64,000 bases of DNA, from the NCBI GenBank assembly GCA_950097015.1, contig CATNEN010000015.1, positions 434,001 through 498,000 on the forward strand. Reading direction: 5' to 3'. This document shows, one piece after another, positions 1-12,662 of the stretch; position 1 is the first letter of the stretch; each line of letters starts with the position of its first letter. Made by a program: the position numbers and the translations under genes. The notes under the pieces are model-generated. The model was not told the DNA's origin. It ran no database searches and saw only the letters and a list, made by a program, of their open reading frames with translations. This DNA is from Macrostomum hystrix (lineage: Eukaryota > Animalia > Platyhelminthes).

Positions 1-3000
1 CCACGTCTCAACAAGACCATTGAAGGCCTCTTTTAAACCTCGGATGATTTTCTTCCAGATCTGAATGAGACCCTCGGCGATCCCCATCATGGTTTGAACT
101 CGGCTCAGCGGTTCGATGAGGCTGCTCTCCACTCCTTGAAGAAGACCCGCAAGCTTTGAGAATTCCTGAAATTAATTAAATTGTTAGCTTGCAAACCTTT
201 GTTTTAAAGTTCCAACATAATAATCGCCGCTCACAAAGAGCCAGAAGTACCTGGTCAGACACAAAGCCAGATGAGCGGTTTGTCCCAGCCAACACAGCCT
301 TGGCTCTTCTGTCCAGTCCTGTGCGCATCGCCTCAGTGAACTCCGAATGAAGGCTGTCGCAAAGTTTGCCGATTTCCCACCAGAAGGTCCTGTCTTCTGC
401 ATGAAAGAGTATAGGAATTGATGAGAGAATGTACAGCATTCAGCCTAGTCTCAAAGTCACAGCGCACTCACCGTTAGTCGTATGGCATGCAGCCTGCGTT
501 CGATTCTGGCTATCGATGAGGCCCTGGACTGCTGTTCCTATTTGGTGGAAGGCCTTGAATGCATTCAGCATGGACTCTTTGGGCGAGCGATACAGTTTCG
601 GAAAGATGTTCACTAAGAGATCCAGGCTCTCTTTCAGCTGCTTGCCAGAGACTGGCATCTGGTTGTTTATCGTGTCGAACAGAGTCTAAAACGGTGTGCG
701 CGAGCGCAAGTGTGATTTCTGGAACTCTGAACAATTCTATGAGCTCTGCTCTAACTTTTTACTCCTTCTCTCACACCAAAATCTCTTCGGTCTGATGTGA
801 GTCAATTAAATCGGAGTAAGTGCATGCGTGTGTACGAATGCGTGTTGTCGATAGACATACAACAACTACCATGATATTTTGAGATGGTATGCCTAGCAGT
901 ATGAAATGTTGCAGATCAAGCACCGCAAACATTCCACTCACAATGTAGAAGTCAGTGGCATCCGCCTTGACGGTGCTGGACAGGATGAGAATTCTTCTGA
1001 GCACAGCTAGCGGTGGCTGCAGCTGCTCAGGCAGCTCCTGTGCGTCCAGCTGGGACAGGATGCTCAGCGCGTGGTCCCCTGAGTCGCTCATCTGCGCCAC
1101 AATCTCGGGCACTTTTCCGTTAAACTCGTCACCAAGTCTTTTTATGACAGAGAACAGCTGATCGGGATTCGTTGGCGCAAACAGCTCGCGGAAACCGTCC
1201 ATGACGGCGTTTATGCCCCGGTAGATGGCACCGATGGTGCGGTCGTAAAGCTTCACAAGTGTTTCAAGGTTGTAAACCCCCAGTTCTTTCAGGAAGTTGG
1301 TTTTGTACTCTACTCGGCCACTGAGGCACGCCTTGCCTACTATAAAAGTCGGATGGAAGTTAATGGCGCCCAGGTGTCCTTGGACAGTAGCCAAACCAAT
1401 GCACTTCACTTCAAAGTGGCCGGCGGACAAAGCTAGAATGAGGCGACAGTTGCTGGGATGAAACTCTGAGGGAGATTTCTAAGTCTTTTATGTGGTGATG
1501 ACTCACAGGTCTTGAGAGTTGCTTCGCTTAATAAATTAGCTCTAATCGTAGCGCCAACTTTATGGTCGCCAAAAAGTTTACTCCACTGGACTTGGGGCAA
1601 GTTCAGCGGCCAGTTGATGCCTTTCCACATCTTCTCCAGAAAATACGGGGCGCTCCGCTTTGACATGAGATGAGCCAGACTGCTGTTGGCGGACATTCTA
1701 CAACGATGAGTCCGGTTGAAACAGCATGCTCAGAGCATGAAATAGCTGCTCGCATTAAAAATATAACTCGTATATATGCAGGGGCTGAGCGCAGCATTTA
1801 GCGACAGTCGACCCACAGCCAGGGTAAATTGATTAAGCATCTGAAATGTCTCCCCGCGAAGCGGGCCTATTTTAGGTCAGAGACCTTTCCGCGAGAGTAC
1901 CGTCGGCTCTAAAAAATACTCTGTGATTTTCAGCGCCTACCCTTTGTTGATTTCACGATTGAGAGCAGCAAAGTCTTTCGTTCTGGCCGGATGTGACTCG
2001 TACACATGAGCAGCCTCCTTGCGCACGTGCTCCTCCGGGTCCAGTAGAGCTGCTGCGAGCAGAGTGGCCGCCGCCTGAAATGTTTTGGAAGCTAAACTGA
2101 CGCTTTGGGCTTCATGCCTCTCAGCAATGTCACATTTTATTCTATTCATTTGCGGTTATTCTATTTTAATGAATCGAAAAGCTCAAGGGCCTTTTGTAAG
2201 TGAAAATTTGAAAGCTTTGGATTTCCGCGAAGTGAAATTATCCCCAAAGCAAAGGACTACGGAGGGCTACTAGATTGAGGAATTTCCTGATATAATACTC
2301 GTACTTTCTTCAACGGTAGGACTGTGCTATTTTCCACATGGGGAAAGACCACGTGGGTATTTCAAATATTCACTGCCTACTTCACGACAGCTCCCTGTCC
2401 CATATAGTTCGAATCTAAAGTTTCCGCCCGTTACGATGAAGAAACTTTCTAAGCCGTCCGACGTCAGCATCGTAAATAAACTAAAATAATAAATAACAAT
2501 AATAATAATAAATAAATAAATAATAAACTATACAATCAGCAATAACAACCGACATGGCTACTTGATGGAATTTTGAGAGCAGAAAAAGTATGCCTATACT
2601 GACAGTTCATGTCGCCATACAACCCGACGAGATTCGTTGAATAACTCGACGATGCAGATGTTTTGTGATTCGGGAAGTTGCTTCATCAGATAGAGCAAAA
2701 AATTTGCCTGTTTTCTGGATTTTATGGCGATTGCTCGATTATGCAGAAAAAAATGTGGGTACTACCCCCTGGTCCTTCTACTGTTTATGCTGCATTTGCC
2801 CCGGTCTGCTGTGAAAGCCTCCATGCAGCTCTAAACGATAACCTATTCCTCCAGGGGCTTTCAGATGCAATCAGAGCACCTCGGATTCTCATTCAGAAAA
2901 AACGAAGCTCGCAACGGGCGCAAACCAACGTGAAAATCTCCCACACCTCTTCGGTTCTGAACTTTTGCATCGCATGCAGCCCGAATCGCTTCCAAAGCGA

Positions 3001-6000
3001 TGGCGCGGACGACTCATTTGAGTATGACTGCAGCAGCGCGAATGAGCTTTCGAATGCGGCGTTGGTCAGGCTGCCCAGCAACGAGCCCTTCAGGAACACA
3101 AAGCGGTCGTAGTCTTCTCTGTCCATTGCAGATCGCTTCATGCGGTGGTGATGCGGATCTGGAAGTGTCGGTGGTCGGTTTGCGTTGTATCACAATGTCT
3201 CGTGTGCCTGGCTGATTGCGATTGGTCATCGTGCTATGGTTATCGAGTCTTTAGCTTAGACATCTGACATCCTAAGGCCACAAGTCAATCTTTTCTGCTT
3301 GTCTAAGTACGAGTACATCAACTAAAAGTAATATTAATCTAATAATTCCCCTGAAGCCATCGATTTATCAGATGTGACCGCACCAAAAACTTCAGTCAGA
3401 GTCTCCAGCTGGGCCACAATTTTCCGGGCCATGAGCTTCTGCGAAGCGTCTCCGTATTTCTGCATCAGGTGGCTGGCAGTGCCCAGTGCCAGCACACAGC
3501 AATGGTAGGTGTCCTCATCGTTGATGTCCGGGTGACTCTCAGGATGAAACACAATGCTGACCAGGGTGTTCACCAGAGCCTAAGGATTTGATCATTGTCT
3601 CGAAATCAACACCTGAACTGAAGACCTTAAATGAAAGTAGAATAAAATGATTACATTGGAAGGAGCAGTTGTCCTACTAGGCAAGTGGCCCAGAACTCTC
3701 TTGACAAGCACAGGATCACGGTGAGTCGACCTCAGCACGAATCGATTCACCACTAAATCGGAGGCCACGGATTTCAGGCCGCAGACCGCGTCCAGCATGG
3801 CCAGAAACTTCTCTCTCTCGATGGCGCTCGAACTGCAAAGAGGCGAGCAGCGAGGCTATATTTTGGGTGGCCAAATGAATTCCAGGCTGATTTGTTTGCA
3901 GAGAAACCAGCTAGAGCTTGTGATTGCTCAGTGTCCGTTCATTTTTAGATGTACGCTGAGCCAATCACGCTTAGCCAAAGTTTTATAAAACATGTACATT
4001 AGTACTCGTAAATGATAGCTTAAGTTAAGCACTACACTACTAATAGCGGCAGTACAAGTAAAAACGCATATCTAATTCGGTTTCAGTCAAATAAGAATCG
4101 GGTGATATGGTGCAAATGATACTGTGTTAAATTGTGAAATTTTGAATGAAAATCGTCTAGAAAATTAGTATGCACAGAAGCACTACAGCTTCCTCGTAAG
4201 CCATAGGATTACACATTTGTAGATCACCAGCTTACATGTTTTTAAACTGCCGATTCAGATACTGGAATGAAATCGAGTTTAATTCCTGGCTGCTCAGGCC
4301 TCCCAGCGTTTCAACCAGCCGTCTGTAGCAGTAGGTGTTGTCCTGTTTAGCTGAATTAACCAATGGTTTGAAATTTAGCAAACGGACTCATATAAGGCAT
4401 GAAATGAGAGAGCAAAAACTCACACTCCAGTGTCAGCTCCGCAACGCAGGTAACATTGGACTCGATGTAGCGCTTCACATCCCTGAGTCTGTGGCTGATC
4501 TTGAACAGTTCGTGCACCTGAAGAATAAAGCGCTCGCATTTCAACCAAGGTGAACTGCACCTGAACCCGTCACTTTGAGTCGAGATACATCAAATGATAG
4601 GCTAAATCACGGATAAAAAATAACAATAATAATATTTGCAGAAGGGCTGCAGGCAATGGCACATCATTTGGTGACAATAGACCGGTAGCCAGCGAGGAGG
4701 CAATTCTGCCCATTCCGCTGTCTCCTGAGCACACACGCACACAGATTACGTACGCAGGCCCACCCTCACACAAGTGTGTACTTTCTCATCGTCAGGCAGT
4801 GTAAAATTGTAAAGCGCCATAGTGGTTGACCCTAAATTGCGTAAATTGCATGAAAAGCCCACACGCATTCTCTCCGCGGCTGCGCTCTAAATGGCCTTGC
4901 CGTGGAATCGAGCTCAGGGACCTTTTGTGCGAGAGGCAGGTGCGTTTACCGCGTTTACTGTCCTTTGGTGACAGTAAGACGCGCGAGAAGGCGGCACAGG
5001 CACTGCACGGTTGCGTACGTAGGCACTCACGGGCGTGTACAACTGGCTCTCTGATTTTTAGGCAGAGCAGCCATGAAGGTCGGCCCTCAACGGCTCTGTC
5101 ACCCAATGCCCCGTCATCCAGCTCACCCTAGTTTGGTTTGCGAATTCTGGTTTCAGCTTGGCCAGCCTCAGGTCTTTCGGCACTGGCTGAGCGCTCATGA
5201 TCTTGTAGAGCGAGAACTCTGTGGTCGCCGAAGTTGTCATCGGGTTCACCGTCGGTATTGGGCTCTCGTGCTCCCGGTCCATCACTGTCCCAGGTGGGGA
5301 GCGGGGGATGTACCTGGGAGATAGGATGGGTTCAAATACAGGCTCTGGGGATATTTAATTATTGCCTTGACACTCAAAGGATTAAATAAATATTCTCATC
5401 CGAAGACCACAGTAGCTACGCTCGTACATGCCAGCTAGCTACATTCCATGTTCTGATCCCATTATCGGGATTCTGATCCAATTCTCTAGACTCTGATCCC
5501 ATTCTCTGGATTCTGATCCCATTCTCTGGATTCTGATCCCATTCTCTGGATTCTGATCCCATTCGCTAGATTCTAATCCCATTCTCTGGATTCTGATCCC
5601 ATTCTCTGGATTCTGATCCCATTCGCTAGATTCTAATCCCATTCTCTGGATTCTGATCCCATTCTCTGGATTCAGATCCCATTCACTGGACTTTGATCCC
5701 ATTCTCTGGATTCTGATCTCATTCTCTGGATTCTGATCCCATTCTCTGGATTCTGATTCCATTCTCTGGATTCTGATCCCATTCTCTGGACTCTGATCCC
5801 ATTCGCTAGATTCTGATCCCATTCTCTAGATTCTGATCCCATTCTCTGGATTCTGATCCCATTCTCTGGATTTTGATCCCATTCTCTGGATTCTGATCTC
5901 ATTCTCTGGATTCTGATCCCATTCTCTGGATTCTGATCCCATTCTCTGGATTCTGATCCCATTCTCTATATTCTGATCCCATTCTCTAGATTCTGATCCC

Positions 6001-9000
6001 ATTCTCTGGATTCTGATCCCATTCTCTGGATTCTGATCCCATTCTCTGGATTCTGATCCCATTCACTAGATTCTGATCCCATTCTCTGGATTCTGATCCC
6101 ATTCTCTAGATTCTGATCCCATTCTCTGGATTCAGACCCCATTCACTGGATTTTGATCCCATTCTCTGGATTCTGATCTCATTCTCTGGATTCTGATCCC
6201 ATTCTCTGGATTCTGATCCCATTCTCTGGATTCTGATCCCATTCGCTAGATTCTGATCCCATTCGCTAGATTCTGATCCCATTCTCTAGATTCTGATCCC
6301 ATTCACTGGATTTTGATCCCATTCTCTGGACTCTGATCCCATTCTCTATATTCTGATCCCATTCTCTAGATTCTGATCCCATTCACTGGATTCTGATCCC
6401 ATTCTCTGGATTCTGATCCCATTCTCTGGATTCTGATCCCATTCACTAGATTCTGATCCCATTCTCTGGATTTTGATCCCATTCTCTGGATTCTGATCTC
6501 ATTCTCTGGATTCTGATCCCATTCGCTAGATTCTGATCCCATTCTCTGGATTCTGATCCCATTCTCTGGATTCAGATCCCATTCACTGGATTTTGATCCC
6601 ATTCTCTGGATTCTGATCTCATTCTCTGGATTCTGATCCCATTCTCTGGATTCTGATCCCATTCTCTGGATTCTGATCTCATTCTCTGGATTCTGATCCC
6701 ATTCTCTGGATTCTGATCCCATTCTCTGGATTCTGATCCCATTCTCTGGATTCTGATCCCATTCTCTAGACTCTGATCCCATTCGCTAGATTCTAATCCC
6801 ATTCTCTGGATTCTGATCCCATTCTCTGGATTCTGATCCCATTCGCTAGATTTTGATCCCATTCTCTGGATTCTGATCCCATTCTCTGGATTCAGACCCC
6901 ATTCACTGGATTTTGATCCCATTCTCTGGATTCTGATCTCATTCTCTGGATTCTGATCTCATTCTCTGGATTCTGATCCCATTCTCTGGATTCTGATCCC
7001 ATTCTCTGGATTCTGATCCCATTCGCTAGATGCTGATCCCATTCGCTAGATTCTGATCCCATTCTCTAGATTCTGATCCCATTCTCTGGATTTTGATCCC
7101 ATTCTCTGGATTCTGATCCCATTCTCTGGATTCTGATCCCATTCACTAGATTCTGATACAATTCTCTGGATTCTGATCCCATTCGCTAGATTCTAATCCC
7201 ATTCTCTGGATTCTGATCCCATTCTCTGGATTCTGATCCCATTCGCTAGATTCTGATCCCATTCGCTAGATTCTGATCCCATTCTCTAGATTCTGATCCC
7301 ATTCACTGGATTTTGATCCCATTCTCTGGATTCTGATCCCATTCTCTGGATTCTGATCCCATTCACTAGATTCTGATACAATTCTCTGGATTCTGATCCC
7401 ATTCTCTGGATTCTGATCCCATTCACTAGATTCTGATACAATTCTCTGGATTCTGATCCCATTCTCTGGATTCTGATCCCATTCTCTGGACTCTGATCCC
7501 ATTCGCTAGATTCTAATCCCATTCTCTGGATTCTGATCCTATTCTCTGGATTCAGACCCCATTCACTGGATTTTGATCCCATTCTCTGGATTCTGATCTC
7601 ATTCTCTGGATTCTGATCCCATTCTCTGGATTCTGATCCCATTCTCTGGACTCTGATCCCATTCGCTAGATTCTAATCCCATTCTCTGGATTCTGATCCC
7701 ATTCTCTGGATTCTGATCCCATTCTCTGGACTCTGATCCCATTCGCTAGATTCTAATCCCATTCTCTGGATTCTGATCCCATTCTCTGGATTCAGACCCC
7801 ATTCACTGGATTTTGATCCCATTCTCTGGATTCTGATCTCATTCTCTGGATTCTGATCCCATTCTCTGGACTCTGATCCCATTCGCTAGATTCTAATCCC
7901 ATTCTCTAGATTCTGATCCCATTCTCTGGATTCAGACCCCATTCACTGGATTTTGATCCCATTCTCTGGATTCTGATCTCATTCTCTGGATTCTGATCCC
8001 ATTCTCTGGATTCTGATCCCATTCTCTGGATTCTGATCCCATTCGCTAGATTCTGATCCCATTCGCTAGATTCTGATCCCATTCTCTAGATTCTGATCCC
8101 ATTCACTGGATTTTGATCCCATTCTCTGGACTCTGATCCCATTCTCTATATTCTGATCCCATTCTCTAGATTCTGATCCCATTCACTGGATTCTGATCCC
8201 ATTCTCTGGATTCTGATCCCATTCTCTGGATTCTGATCCCATTCACTAGATTCTGATCCCATTCTCTGGATTTTGATCCCATTCTCTGGATTCTGATCTC
8301 ATTCTCTGGATTCTGATCCCATTCGCTAGATTCTGATCCCATTCTCTGGATTCTGATCCCATTCTCTGGATTCAGATCCCATTCACTGGATTTTGATCCC
8401 ATTCTCTGGATTCTGATCTCATTCTCTGGATTCTGATCCCATTCTCTGGATTCTGATCCCATTCTCTGGATTCTGATCTCATTCTCTGGATTCTGATCCC
8501 ATTCTCTGGATTCTGATCCCATTCTCTGGATTCTGATCCCATTCTCTGGATTCTGATCCCATTCTCTAGACTCTGATCCCATTCGCTAGATTCTAATCCC
8601 ATTCTCTGGATTCTGATCCCATTCTCTGGATTCTGATCCCATTCGCTAGATTTTGATCCCATTCTCTGGATTCTGATCCCATTCTCTGGATTCAGACCCC
8701 ATTCACTGGATTTTGATCCCATTCTCTGGATTCTGATCTCATTCTCTGGATTCTGATCTCATTCTCTGGATTCTGATCCCATTCTCTGGATTCTGATCCC
8801 ATTCTCTGGATTCTGATCCCATTCGCTAGATGCTGATCCCATTCGCTAGATTCTGATCCCATTCTCTAGATTCTGATCCCATTCTCTGGATTTTGATCCC
8901 ATTCTCTGGATTCTGATCCCATTCTCTGGATTCTGATCCCATTCACTAGATTCTGATACAATTCTCTGGATTCTGATCCCATTCGCTAGATTCTAATCCC

Positions 9001-11425
9001 ATTCTCTGGATTCTGATCCCATTCTCTGGATTCTGATCCCATTCGCTAGATTCTGATCCCATTCGCTAGATTCTGATCCCATTCTCTAGATTCTGATCCC
9101 ATTCACTGGATTTTGATCCCATTCTCTGGATTCTGATCCCATTCTCTGGATTCTGATCCCATTCACTAGATTCTGATACAATTCTCTGGATTCTGATCCC
9201 ATTCTCTGGATTCTGATCCCATTCACTAGATTCTGATACAATTCTCTGGATTCTGATCCCATTCTCTGGATTCTGATCCCATTCTCTGGACTCTGATCCC
9301 ATTCGCTAGATTCTAATCCCATTCTCTGGATTCTGATCCCATTCTCTGGATTCAGATCCCATTCACTGGATTTTGATCCCATTCGCTAGATTCTGATCCC
9401 ATTCTCTAAATTCTGATCCAATTCTCTGGATTCTGATCCCATTCTCTGGATTCAGATCCCATTCACTGGATTCAGACCCCATTCGCTAGATTCTGATCCC
9501 ATTCTCTAGATTCTGATCCAATTCTCTGGATTCTGATCCCATTCTCTGGATTCTAATCCCAATCACAAGCCAGCCAGCAGTCACTGACTGAGGATCCGGG
9601 CTGTTGAAGACTCGCAGGCTGTCATGAACTCTGCTCTTCTCCGGAAGTCTCGCCTCGTGGTTGTATTGCATCGTCTGAAAATGGGATCATGGGATTTCGG
9701 AGATAAAAGCAATTATTGGAATCCCATTTTTATTGGTACGGGAAATCCTAACTTATTTTTGGAGCTTGCAGGAAATGTCACCGAAAGGTCGGGACTTCGA
9801 ATTCTAGCCTAAGGACAGCAGTTTGTGTACCTAATCAAGACAGTGAATCCCTTTCGCTTCAAATTGCCTAGCTGTAAAATTTGTATCCCGTTTTTTGGGC
9901 GGACGGAACCAGTCCGTGGACTGAACAGCGGTACGCAGATTTTAGAAGCACCGCGCGGTAGCTGCGTCTGGGTCACTGGCATCAAAGTTCATGCCAATTT
10001 CTATTTGATTTCAAGAATTTTGAGATTTTATAATTTCGTGTTTTGGATCACGGTGTAATTAGGGCCTCCACAGCAGGTGAACATGGTCTCACATGGGTGA
10101 CTAATTCGGGCCTCCACAACAGGTGAACATGGTCTCACATGGGTGACTAATTCGGGACTCCACAGCAGGTAAACATGGTCTCACATGGGTGACTAATTCG
10201 GGACTCCACAGCAGGTAAACATGGTCTCACATGGGTGACTCATTCGGGACTCCACAGCAGGTAAACATGGTCTCACATGGGTGACTCATTCGGGACTCCA
10301 CAGCAGGTAAACATGGTCTCACATGGGTGACTCATTCGGGACTCCACAACAGGTAAACATGGTCTCACATGGGTGACTAATTAGGGCCTCCACAGCAGGT
10401 GAACATGGTCTCACATGGGTGACTAATTCGGGCCTCCACAGCAGGTAAACATGGTCTCACATGGGTGACTCATTCGGGACTCCACAGCAGGTAAACATGG
10501 TCTCACATGGGTGACTCATTCGGGACTCCACAACAGGTAAACATGGTCTCACATGTGTGACTAATTCGGGCCTCCACAACAGGTAAACATGGTCTCACAT
10601 GGGTGACTAATTCGGGACTCCACAGCAGGTAAACATGGTCTCACATGGGTGACTCATTCGGGACTCCACAACAGGTAAACATGGTCTCACATGTGTGACA
10701 TTGCGGTGCATGTTTCTTCCAACCGTGCCTCGTCGAAACTTTGTGATCTCCACGTGTTGAGGACTCAGGGTTCGATTTCGGGTGCTGAGCTCGTGAGTCT
10801 CGTGGAACTCGTGCGCCGGGTCGTGGCCCAGCAGGGCGGTCAGCAGGCCCTTCTTCACGCTGGCCAGAAAGGCGGTTTCGTCCGGAGCGTACCGCACCAG
10901 GCTAAAGTGACCGTCCCTGTCCAGCTGGAAGGTGAACCATCGGTCCAGGCGGTGCCCCGACATGCCCGGGTCCGCGCTCAGGCCGTGGCTGTTCTGCACG
11001 CGCATCTTCGTCACCTCCAGCAGCAGCTGCTGGGAACCGTTGGAGTCCCGGCTCAGGTGCTGAATGGCGAACTGGAGGAGAGAGGTTTGAGTTAGATTAG
11101 GAGTGTGCTCAACTGTTATGGGAGTGTGCTCAAGTGTAACAGGAGTGTGCTCAACTGTAATCGAAGTGTGCTCAACTGTAACGGGAGTGTGCTCAACTGT
11201 AATGGGAGTGTGCTCAACTGTTAGGTCTAATCATTTGCTGCTCACCTGTCCAGTGACTAACATTTCGCCAATGTTGTCGGAACTTGTGCGACTCTCAAAG
11301 TTGTAGACGTAGCGGTTGCCCTCCTCGAATACGAAGGAGCAGCTGATGATATTCGGACCCTTGATCAGCAGCAGCAACAGCAGCAGCAGCAGCTGAGCTC
11401 CTTTGCCGCATCTGAGGGCGGCCAT
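1..11425 (-). CDS. Large lipid transfer protein (vitellogenin/apolipophorin/MTP superfamily); at least 14 exons and 966 aa, 3' end outside window
   Basis: Exons joined by hand, all GT-AG and phase-consistent: 11425-11246, 11071-10691, 9674-9589, 5313-5127, 4560-4424, 3832-3655, 3579-3384, 3158-2947, 2074-1941, 1697-1507, 1432-942, 685-472, 396-251, 165-<1. A poly-Leu signal peptide is followed by FEEGNRYVYNFESRT and VRYAPDETAFLASVKKGLLTALL, resembling the Vitellogenin_N/LLT beta-barrel. Then a helical domain (LLAAALLDPEEHVRKEAA), a furin-type RMKR site, a beta-rich segment and amphipathic helices. Family call is from motif recognition only. Confidence 0.8.
5451..9560. repeat. 20-bp minisatellite (ATTCTCTGGATTCTGATCCC)n filling LLTP intron 3
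   Basis: About 4.1 kb of tandem 20-mers with recurrent variants. A block of about 1.4 kb recurs at an 1800-bp offset. Confidence 0.97.
10059..10700. repeat. 46-bp minisatellite in LLTP intron 2, overlapping the exon 2 donor
   Basis: Unit ACATGGGTGACTAATTCGGGACTCCACAGCAGGTAAACATGGTCTC, period 46 (10091, 10137...), about 14 copies. Confidence 0.95.
11100..11222. repeat. 21-bp tandem repeat in LLTP intron 1
   Basis: About 6 copies of GAGTGTGCTCAACTGTAAYGG, making up most of a 174-bp intron. Confidence 0.9.
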
Positions 11426-11474
11426 GATTGAATAGAAAATTTCAAGTTGTCTCACAGAATGCGACTTGGCCGCG

Positions 11475-11483
11475 ATTTAAATA
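11475..11483 (-). promoter_or_regulatory. TATA-like element upstream of the LLTP gene
   Basis: Minus-strand TATTTAAAT about 50 bp upstream of the ATG at 11425. Confidence 0.35.
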
Positions 11484-12662
11484 GGATTGTCGCTGATCAA
11501 AGCAAGTTGCTCTCAGCTTTCAATTCAATTCAGTCGGACTGAATCAAATTAATTTTCTGCAGAAAATAACTGACGGACTATTGTCGGCGCCTTTATTTAA
11601 TCTGTTTGCCAACCAAAGCTCCAGAAAGATTAGCATTATCTTATCAGAATTGAAGCCTCTGCAAAGCAATTCTCAGAAATGGCTTCTGTTCCACTGCGCC
11701 GAGAATTTATCTATTGAGGTAAATAAAATTTACTTTTTTAATTTACTGTGGCGCTGGCGGGCCAGATAATGGACTCTTGCCTATTGAAATCAGAAAAGTG
11801 CTTTGGTCCCCGGACAACGTCATCTGACTGTCTCGCTGGAAAGTTGGTCAGACATTTTCTAGCAGATAAAGTTTGTTCTTTTGCCCAAAGTATTTTATCA
11901 GTCTCCGATTAGGCAACATTCAGTTTTCTGAAAAGGTTTTTTCTGGGCTTACAAGAGCTCAGCGTCTTGTCTAACCTTATTATAAAAGTGCAACGCTGAG
12001 TCGGTAATTTTTTATCTGCCTAACAACCAGCTACCAGGCCGAAAGTTGACAAGGTGGTGCAGCCTTGCCAGACACCATGCAGTTTGAGCGAGAGAAAAGC
12101 AAACGAAAATTTCAATCTTTCCGACGTTAGTTTTATCCGAGTTGTATCTGAGTTCGGTAAAGTTGCTCGCTTGGCTAGTAATATAAATAGGAAACCGAAA
12201 ATGAACATGGAGAATAAAACTATCTAAGTAACTAGTAGAACGACGCGTTTCGCACTTTGCGTGCATCTTCAGGTTTATTTGTCACGATTGAGAGAATACG
12301 AATGATGGGATATTTATGGTAGAATAAAACTTATTAGTGAGAAAAAATCAATAATTAGCTATGTACAGTAATTAGTCCGCAAGCCAAGGCAGTGTCTGGG
12401 GCGGGCAGTGTAATAGGCTGCAGCCAGCTGTACAGAGTGTGCAACCAGTGTACCCTCTCAAAAAAGACAGAGAACGTGACCTGCGCCACTATATTGAAGT
12501 TGGGTGTTGAGGCTCGGGGTCTGGGCTTTAATGTTCAGAGCTTTGGCAGAGCTTCGAGAATCTCGAAGTAAACTTATGGCAGGCAAACGAATGCAAGATA
12601 GACACATTTAGCCGTAGCAATATGTAATATATAATCAATATCTAACTTGGCCAGCGTTTCTG

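Noticed and set aside
5439-9671. Many MGSESREWDQNPENGIRIQR ORFs
   Set aside because: Translations of the 20-bp intronic satellite.
10059-10700. CRISPR-like regular repeat
   Set aside because: Units are contiguous with no unique spacers; no cas genes; eukaryotic intron context.
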